Shown here in pieces: positions 58,314 through 64,000 of a DNA stretch of 64,000 bases. The translations under genes were made by a program, and so were the position numbers. Every line of letters begins with the position of its first letter. The first letter of the stretch is position 1. A model generated the notes under the pieces. That model did not search any database. It saw nothing but the letters and a program-made list of their open reading frames with translations, and was not told the DNA's origin. Origin of the DNA: Bacteriovoracia bacterium (GTDB lineage Bacteria; Bdellovibrionota; UBA1018; JBFWNL01); contig JBFWNL010000002.1 of the NCBI GenBank assembly GCA_050251055.1, positions 288,001 through 352,000 of the forward strand, in the 5' to 3' direction.

Positions 58314-59399
58314 ATGGCGAAAAGAGCGAAGCCTGCCCCCAAAAAAACCGCTAAACCTCGAGCCGCAAAAAAAACCGCGCCCAAGCTGCGCGCCAAGCGG
58401 GTCGAGGTGTTACCGGCCGAAGGCGATGACCTAGACGAGGTGGACGCCGAGCTAACCGACGAGGATCTCGAGCCCACCATCGACGCAGGCGGTTCGAGCG
58501 ACCCTGTGAGCGAAAATAATGACGCGAGCCTCACCCAGCTTCCGGAAATTTCCAAGCGCGCGGTATCGCCCAACGATCCACTGAAGCGTTACATGGAAGA
58601 AGTACAGCGCTACGCCCTGCTGACTCCCGAGCAGGAAGCGGCGCTCGTCGGCCGCATGCTCAAGCAAGGCGACGTGAATGCCGCCAAAATGCTCGTATCG
58701 GCCAACCTACGCTTGGTCGTGAAGATCGCGTTCGAATACCGCAGCATGTACGCCAATATCCTGGATCTCATCCAGGAGGGGAACGTCGGCTTGATGAAAG
58801 CCGTTTCGAAGTTTGACCCCACGAAAGGCGCGCGCCTGGGCTACTACGCGTCGTGGTGGATTCGTTCTTACATCCTGAAGTACCTGCTCGATAACTTCCG
58901 GCTCGTGAAGGTGGGCACGACCCAGGCCCAGAAGAAACTCTTCTATCATTTGATGCGTGAGAAACAGCGGCTCGAGGCCCAAGGGATCCTGGCGGGTCCG
59001 AAGCTTTTGGCTGACCGGCTGGACGTGCGGGAAAAAGACGTGATTGAGATGGAGCAACGGCTGGGCAGCGGATCGGCCGAAATGTCGCTGGACGCCCCCA
59101 TGGACCCCGAGAGCCGCGGGGGGAGCTTCCTCGAAAAACTCACGGACGAGGCCGAAGGGGCGGATGATCGAATGGCCCACCAGGAGCTCCTGGAAGTACT
59201 CAAGCGGGAACTGCCCGTCTTGGAGGAGAAGCTCAATGACAAGGAGCTTAAAATCCTGCGGGACCGCATCCTGGCGGAAGAACCCAAAACATTACAAGAA
59301 GTTGCCGACCTATATGGTCTGACTCGCGAGCGCGTCCGGCAGATCGAAGCCGGCATCGTCCAAAAGCTCCGGCAGCTGTTAAAACCCGCCATTGAGTGA
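58314..59399 (+). CDS. rpoH: RpoH-like sigma70-family factor
   Basis: ANLRLVVKIA, DLIQEGNVGLMKAV, RpoH box TTQAQKKLFYHL, TRERVRQIE. Confidence 0.85.
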   Translation: MAKRAKPAPKKTAKPRAAKKTAPKLRAKRVEVLPAEGDDLDEVDAELTDEDLEPTIDAGGSSDPVSENNDASLTQLPEISKRAVSPNDPLKRYMEEVQRYALLTPEQEAALVGRMLKQGDVNAAKMLVSANLRLVVKIAFEYRSMYANILDLIQEGNVGLMKAVSKFDPTKGARLGYYASWWIRSYILKYLLDNFRLVKVGTTQAQKKLFYHLMREKQRLEAQGILAGPKLLADRLDVREKDVIEMEQRLGSGSAEMSLDAPMDPESRGGSFLEKLTDEAEGADDRMAHQELLEVLKRELPVLEEKLNDKELKILRDRILAEEPKTLQEVADLYGLTRERVRQIEAGIVQKLRQLLKPAIE

Positions 59400-59505
59400 G
59401 CGGGAGGGCCCGCCAAAGCGTCCCAGATATTGAACTTTACAGCCAAAACCGACTCTGTTAGTTCCTACACATCAAAAAAAGACAAGAATCGTAATAGGAA
59501 AGCAA

Positions 59506-59784
59506 ATGGCAGGCAAAACTCAGATTAAAGAAAAGAAAGCAGCCGTCGTCGCTCAGTACGGCGGATCCGCCACCAACACCGGCAGCCCGGAAGTTCAGGT
59601 GGCACTTATCACTCAGCGTATCAACGAGCTCAACGGACACTTCAAGGCGCACGTTAAAGACCATCACTCCAAGCGCGGACTACTCCGCCTGGTCGGTCAG
59701 CGTCGTCGCTTGCTCAACTACCTCCGTAACACGGATGACAAGCGCTACAACCAAGTGGTCCAGGCTCTCGGCTTGCGCAAGTAA
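59506..59784 (+). CDS. rpsO: 30S ribosomal protein S15
   Basis: [24 protein letters not shown]. Confidence 0.97.
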   Translation: MAGKTQIKEKKAAVVAQYGGSATNTGSPEVQVALITQRINELNGHFKAHVKDHHSKRGLLRLVGQRRRLLNYLRNTDDKRYNQVVQALGLRK

Positions 59785-59837
59785 GCGCTCGTTCGCTCGC
59801 TTTGTACCTACATTCATTTTTTTAGGAGAAAATTCGT

Positions 59838-62138
59838 ATGATTCATTCCGTCAGTTGTGAACTGGGTGGGAAAAAACTAACCATTGAAACCGGCAAACTC
59901 GCCAAGCAAGCCGACGGCTCCGTGCTCGTCAGCTATGGCGACACGCGCGTGCTGGTCACCGCTTGCTGCTCGCAAGAACCGAAAGTGGGGATCGACTTCT
60001 TCCCGCTGACCGTAGAATTCTCGGAGCGTTTCTACGCCGCCGGCCGCATCCCCGGCAGCTTCCACCGCCGCGAAGGCCGCCCGACGTCGGAAGCGACGCT
60101 CTCGGCCCGCTTGATCGATCGCCCGATGCGCCCGCTCTTCCCGGAAGGCTTCTACTGCGAAACCCAGATCGTCGCGACGATCCTCTCGGCCGACCTCGAG
60201 GCCGACATCGACTCCGCGGCCTCCATCGGCGCCGCGGCGGCCGTGCACATTTCCGAAATTCCCTTTAACGGCCCGACGGCCGGTTGCCGCGTAGGCCGCA
60301 TCAACGGCCAGTACGTGATCAACCCGACTTACGCCCAGCTCAAGAGCGGCGAATCGGACCTCGAAATCTTCGTCAACGGCACCTCCAAGGCCATCATGAT
60401 GGTCGAAGGTGGCGCAAAAGAAGTGAGCGAAGAAGCCGCGCTCGGCGCGATCTTGAAGGGCCACGAAGAAATCAAGAAAGTCTGTGCGATCATCGAAGAG
60501 CTGCGCAGCAAGTGCGGCAAGCCGAAGCGCAACTTCGTCGCCGCCCAAGTCGCCGCCGACATCAAGACGCAAGTCGAGAAGTTGGGCAAGGACGGCTTGA
60601 ACAAGGCTCTCCGCACGAAGGAAAAGGCCGCGCGTTACGAGCTCGTTGACGCCACCAAGAAGTCGGTCGTCGAGGCGCTCGTCACCGAAGAAATGAAGAA
60701 GGCCGATCCGGTGGCCGCCGAAGCCCGCAAGACGCAGGTAAAAGCGACCTTCGAGTTGCTCCAGTACAACCTCATGCGCCAGATGATCCTAAGCGACAAG
60801 ATCCGCATCGACGGTCGCGACACCAAGACCATCCGTCCGATCACGACGGAAGTAGGCTTGCTCCCGCGTGCTCACGGCAGCGCGCTCTTCACCCGCGGTG
60901 AAACGCAAGTTCTCTCCACGGTGACCTTGGGTACCTCGGAAGACGAGCAGATCGTCGACACGCTCCAAGAAAAGGGCTACCGCCAATTCCTGTTCCACTA
61001 CAACTTCCCGCCGTTCTCGGTCGGCGAATGTGGTCGCATGGGTGGTCAAAGCCGCCGCGAAATCGGCCACGGCGCCCTGGCGGAACGCGCGGTAAAGCAA
61101 ATCGCTCCGTCGTTCGATCAGTTCCCGTACACGGTGCGCGTGGTTTGCGAAACTTTAGAAAGCAATGGCTCGTCGTCGATGGGTTCCGTGTGCTCCGCCT
61201 CGATGGCCATGATGCACGCCGGGATCCCGATGCCGGCCCCCGTCGCGGGCATCGCGATGGGTCTGATCAAGGAAGGCGGCGACTTCGCCGTGCTGTCCGA
61301 CATCCTGGGTGACGAAGATCACCTGGGCGACATGGACTTCAAAGTCGCCGGCACGCAAAAGGGCATCACGTCCATCCAGATGGACATCAAGATCGAAGGC
61401 ATCGACGAAAAGATCATGCGCCAAGCGCTGACCCAAGCGCACGAAGGCCGCCTGCACATCCTGGGTAAGATGGCCGAGTCGATCACGCAGCCTTCGGCAG
61501 AAATGTCGATGTTCGCTCCGCGGATCACCACGCTGCAGATCCCGGTCGACAAGATCGGCGCGGTCATCGGACCGTCCGGCAAAGTCATCAAGGGCATCAT
61601 CGCCGCTACGGGTTGCAAAATCGACATCAACGACGACGGCAAGATCAACATCGCCTCGAACGATGCGGCCGCAGTGAAAGCCGCCATCGAGTCGATCCAG
61701 GGCATCACGGCCGAAGTCGAAGAAGGCAAGACGTACAAGGGCGTCGTGAAGAAGGTCGTCGATTTCGGCGCTTTCGTCGCGATCCTGCCCGGCCAGGAAG
61801 GCTTGCTCCACATCTCGGAGATCGCGCACGAGCGCGTGAACATGGTGTCGGATCATTACAAGGAAGGCGACGAAGTAGAAGTGAAGGTCATCGAAGTGGA
61901 CCCCACGGGCCGCGTACGCCTCTCGCGCCGCGCGCTCCTAGACCCGCCTCCGGGCGGCCTGCCTCCCCGCAACGATCGCCCGCCGGGCGGTGGTGATCGC
62001 GGTGGACGCGGTGGTTTCGGCGGCGGACGCGGCGGTGACCGGGGCGGCCGAGGTGGAGACCGCGGTGGACGCGGCGGCGGTGATCGCGGACCTCGAGGCG
62101 GTGACCGCGGTGATCGCGGCGGACCTCCTCGCCACTAA
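59838..62138 (+). CDS. pnp: Polyribonucleotide nucleotidyltransferase (PNPase)
   Basis: FFPLTV, RLIDR, RREIGHG, SNGSSSM, DHLGDMDFKVAG, KH and S1 domains. Confidence 0.98.
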   Translation: MIHSVSCELGGKKLTIETGKLAKQADGSVLVSYGDTRVLVTACCSQEPKVGIDFFPLTVEFSERFYAAGRIPGSFHRREGRPTSEATLSARLIDRPMRPLFPEGFYCETQIVATILSADLEADIDSAASIGAAAAVHISEIPFNGPTAGCRVGRINGQYVINPTYAQLKSGESDLEIFVNGTSKAIMMVEGGAKEVSEEAALGAILKGHEEIKKVCAIIEELRSKCGKPKRNFVAAQVAADIKTQVEKLGKDGLNKALRTKEKAARYELVDATKKSVVEALVTEEMKKADPVAAEARKTQVKATFELLQYNLMRQMILSDKIRIDGRDTKTIRPITTEVGLLPRAHGSALFTRGETQVLSTVTLGTSEDEQIVDTLQEKGYRQFLFHYNFPPFSVGECGRMGGQSRREIGHGALAERAVKQIAPSFDQFPYTVRVVCETLESNGSSSMGSVCSASMAMMHAGIPMPAPVAGIAMGLIKEGGDFAVLSDILGDEDHLGDMDFKVAGTQKGITSIQMDIKIEGIDEKIMRQALTQAHEGRLHILGKMAESITQPSAEMSMFAPRITTLQIPVDKIGAVIGPSGKVIKGIIAATGCKIDINDDGKINIASNDAAAVKAAIESIQGITAEVEEGKTYKGVVKKVVDFGAFVAILPGQEGLLHISEIAHERVNMVSDHYKEGDEVEVKVIEVDPTGRVRLSRRALLDPPPGGLPPRNDRPPGGGDRGGRGGFGGGRGGDRGGRGGDRGGRGGGDRGPRGGDRGDRGGPPRH
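61986..62123 (+). repeat. Degenerate tandem repeat encoding GGDRGGR tail of PNPase
   Basis: GGGDRGGRGGFGGGRGGDRGGRGGDRGGRGGGDRGPRGGDRGDRGG. Confidence 0.85.
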
Positions 62139-62162
62139 ACTTCTAGAACCTTTCGCGGATAT

Positions 62163-62215
62163 TTAAAATAGAACGGCCGGTCCATCTTGCGATGAACCGG
62201 CCGTTTGTATTTTAA
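62163..62215. terminator. Bidirectional terminator
   Basis: TTAAAATA-GAACGGCCGGT...ACCGGCCGTTTG-TATTTTAA between convergent genes. Confidence 0.75.
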
Positions 62216-62228
62216 GTTCTGAAGGAAC

Positions 62229-62711
62229 TTACTTCTTCTTCTTTTCGGCCGTGCAGACGACCTGGTAGTAAACCTCATCGTCGACGATTAGGGTGGCCCC
62301 TAGCGTCTTGGCGTCGAGGGCCACGCGGCTCGAAGAAAACCGGTCGAACAGGGGGCTGTCCTTAATGAATTCTCCCACCACCATATAATTCGTCTTTCCA
62401 TTCTTAAGGGCTTCGCGCTCCAGCGGGTCGAGCTCGTTGATGTTAGCAACAAAGAGCATGCCGTCGGAGAACGTCACGCCCAGGCTCCAATGATTCGCGC
62501 CCCGGCAAAACTTCTCGCCATCCGGCAGGACCTGGAACACGCCCGTTTCCTTCCCTTCCCGGTCCCACTTCCCTTCGGCGTTGCGCTGAATACGGATGCC
62601 CACGCAGGTGTTCAGCGGCGAACAATCGTCCTTCGGAGCGGCGAACGCATTCGTCGCACCTAACGCGGAAACCACCAAACCAAATACTCCCCATTGCTTC
62701 GCTAACTTCAT
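62229..62711 (-). CDS. Secreted hypothetical protein
   Basis: AAAGGAG SD before ATG 62711; signal peptide ending AFA; 4 Cys. Confidence 0.75.
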   Translation of the reverse strand: MKLAKQWGVFGLVVSALGATNAFAAPKDDCSPLNTCVGIRIQRNAEGKWDREGKETGVFQVLPDGEKFCRGANHWSLGVTFSDGMLFVANINELDPLEREALKNGKTNYMVVGEFIKDSPLFDRFSSSRVALDAKTLGATLIVDDEVYYQVVCTAEKKKK

Positions 62712-62802
62712 TTTTTCTCCTTTTTTTACCCAATCGATTCGCCGCTTATGCGTCAAACTGATGCACAACGTCAATATCTCTTTACTAGATATTATAATTA
62801 TA

Positions 62803-62819
62803 TTATAACAACGTTATAA
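62803..62819. promoter_or_regulatory. Probable TetR operator
   Basis: Perfect palindrome TTATAAC-AAC-GTTATAA abutting the TetR SD. Confidence 0.6.
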
Positions 62820-62828
62820 GGAGGTCCG

Positions 62829-63413
62829 ATGCGGAATTCTACCGCCGAAACGATCGTTAAACGCGCCGTCTTCTGTTTCGCCAAACGTGGCTTTGAAGCC
62901 GCTTCGTTCGACTACATCGCCAAGGAAGCGGGGGTCAGCCGGCCGCTGGTCACCCACTATTTCAAACGTAAACACGACCTTTTCGTGGCCTGCGTACATT
63001 ACGTGGGCGGTCACGCTCAAGCCTCGACGGAAAAGAACCTGGTCCAAGTCGAACCCCATCCTTGGGAATATCTACGCGCCTACGTCCACGCCAGCTTTAG
63101 CTGGGCTGAGCAGCACCCCGACCACTTCCGTTTTTGGGTCGTCTTCGGCCTGCACTGCACGTGGGACCGCGAACTTCGAAAAATCAACGAGGGCTTTAAA
63201 CGGGCGGGACGCGAGCGCCTAGCCAAGATCCTACGGGGCGGGGAAAAGTCGGGAGTTTTCAAGATCGACTCCCGCCTAGGAGTTTCCAAAACGACCCAGT
63301 TGTTGCATGACCTGCTCTACTCGCGCGTGATCGCCTTCGCGACCGAAGCGGAAATCCCTTCCCGCTCCGCGGCGGCGGAGATTGAGCTCGTGTTCGAGAA
63401 AATCCTTTTTTAG
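62829..63413 (+). CDS. TetR/AcrR-family regulator
   Basis: FAKRGFEAASFDYIAKEAGVSRPLVTHYFKRKHDL. Confidence 0.92.
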   Translation: MRNSTAETIVKRAVFCFAKRGFEAASFDYIAKEAGVSRPLVTHYFKRKHDLFVACVHYVGGHAQASTEKNLVQVEPHPWEYLRAYVHASFSWAEQHPDHFRFWVVFGLHCTWDRELRKINEGFKRAGRERLAKILRGGEKSGVFKIDSRLGVSKTTQLLHDLLYSRVIAFATEAEIPSRSAAAEIELVFEKILF

Positions 63414-63416
63414 CCG

Positions 63417-64000
63417 CTACATTCCCAAACGAGCCTTAATCTCGGTCAAACTCCCGCGCATCACGTGGGCTGCCTGCGTCTGCGCGGAAAGCTCCGGTGA
63501 TTCCTTCATTCCGTAGGCCCCCTGATACACGCGGGCGCCGGCGCGATCCGTCTCGGCATAGAGGGTCACCTGCCGTCCCGGCCACGCACGCTCGATGGCG
63601 ACGACGGCGTCGGCGATCAGCTTGCGCCGCGCCTCGGTCCCAAGTTCGGGATCAAAGAAGAAGCGTCCGAGCTCCACCACGATTTCGCCCTCGGCGCGCG
63701 GTACGCGAAAGCCATGCTTGAGTTCGAACTCCAAAGGCTCCTCGGCGTTTTCCGAGCGCAATATTCTCAGGAATCCCAAGGTGTCGCCTGAACCCGGGAA
63801 CGTCTTGCCATCGATGGGATTTCGGGACATGACCACGAACTGGCTGCGCTCCAGTAACTGGGCCTCCAGCTCCGCCATTTGCGCCGTAGTTTTGGCGGGC
63901 AAACCGCGGCGATCGACATAAGTGCGATGTACGGCACTCAAACCAAAGACCGTCTCCAAAAAGGGACGAGCGGCCGCCTCCACGCTCTGCTGGCTTTGTT
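63417..64000 (-). CDS. GNAT-fold N-acyltransferase-like protein (LuxI/FeeM-like), 5' end outside window
   Basis: Frame open to window edge; LGFLRI, PLE, VELGRF, RVYQ..YGM. Confidence 0.55.
   Translation of the reverse strand, partial: QSQQSVEAAARPFLETVFGLSAVHRTYVDRRGLPAKTTAQMAELEAQLLERSQFVVMSRNPIDGKTFPGSGDTLGFLRILRSENAEEPLEFELKHGFRVPRAEGEIVVELGRFFFDPELGTEARRKLIADAVVAIERAWPGRQVTLYAETDRAGARVYQGAYGMKESPELSAQTQAAHVMRGSLTEIKARLGM

Noticed and set aside
61986-62123. Repeat as CRISPR array or VNTR
   Set aside because: In-frame coding repeats with synonymous variation and no unique spacers; no cas genes in the window.

Overview
Mostly core chromosome of a GC-rich bacterium whose gene content looks Bdellovibrionota/Oligoflexia-like (taxonomy is an inference from TIGR02147-type regulator, CglB-like vWA lipoprotein, delta-type T2SS and many orphan secreted proteins). 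It contains a TCA cluster (icd-mdh-sucC), a TPP-riboswitch-controlled sodium:solute symporter, nadA-flavin reductase-hmgA, cysS, carD, an acyl-CoA dehydrogenase, a complete gspCDEFGHIJKLMN type II secretion operon behind a near-perfect sigma54 promoter with paired enhancer-like palindromes, ispA, murI, rpmI-rplT-pheST-ihfA-merR, infC (separated from rpmI by a subtilase), rdgB, rpmB, ridA, maeB, an rpoH-like sigma factor, rpsO-pnp and a TetR gene. Many secreted or lipoprotein hypotheticals, adhesin-like proteins and zinc or serine proteases are interspersed. No rRNA, tRNA, CRISPR array, prophage or transposase was recognised. The best leads are the TIGR02147 regulator/secreted-protein module, the sigma54 regulatory architecture, an unassigned ~70-nt hairpin at 46082-46151 and a metalloprotease gene with no canonical start codon. 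All product calls come from motif recognition by eye; no database search was run.
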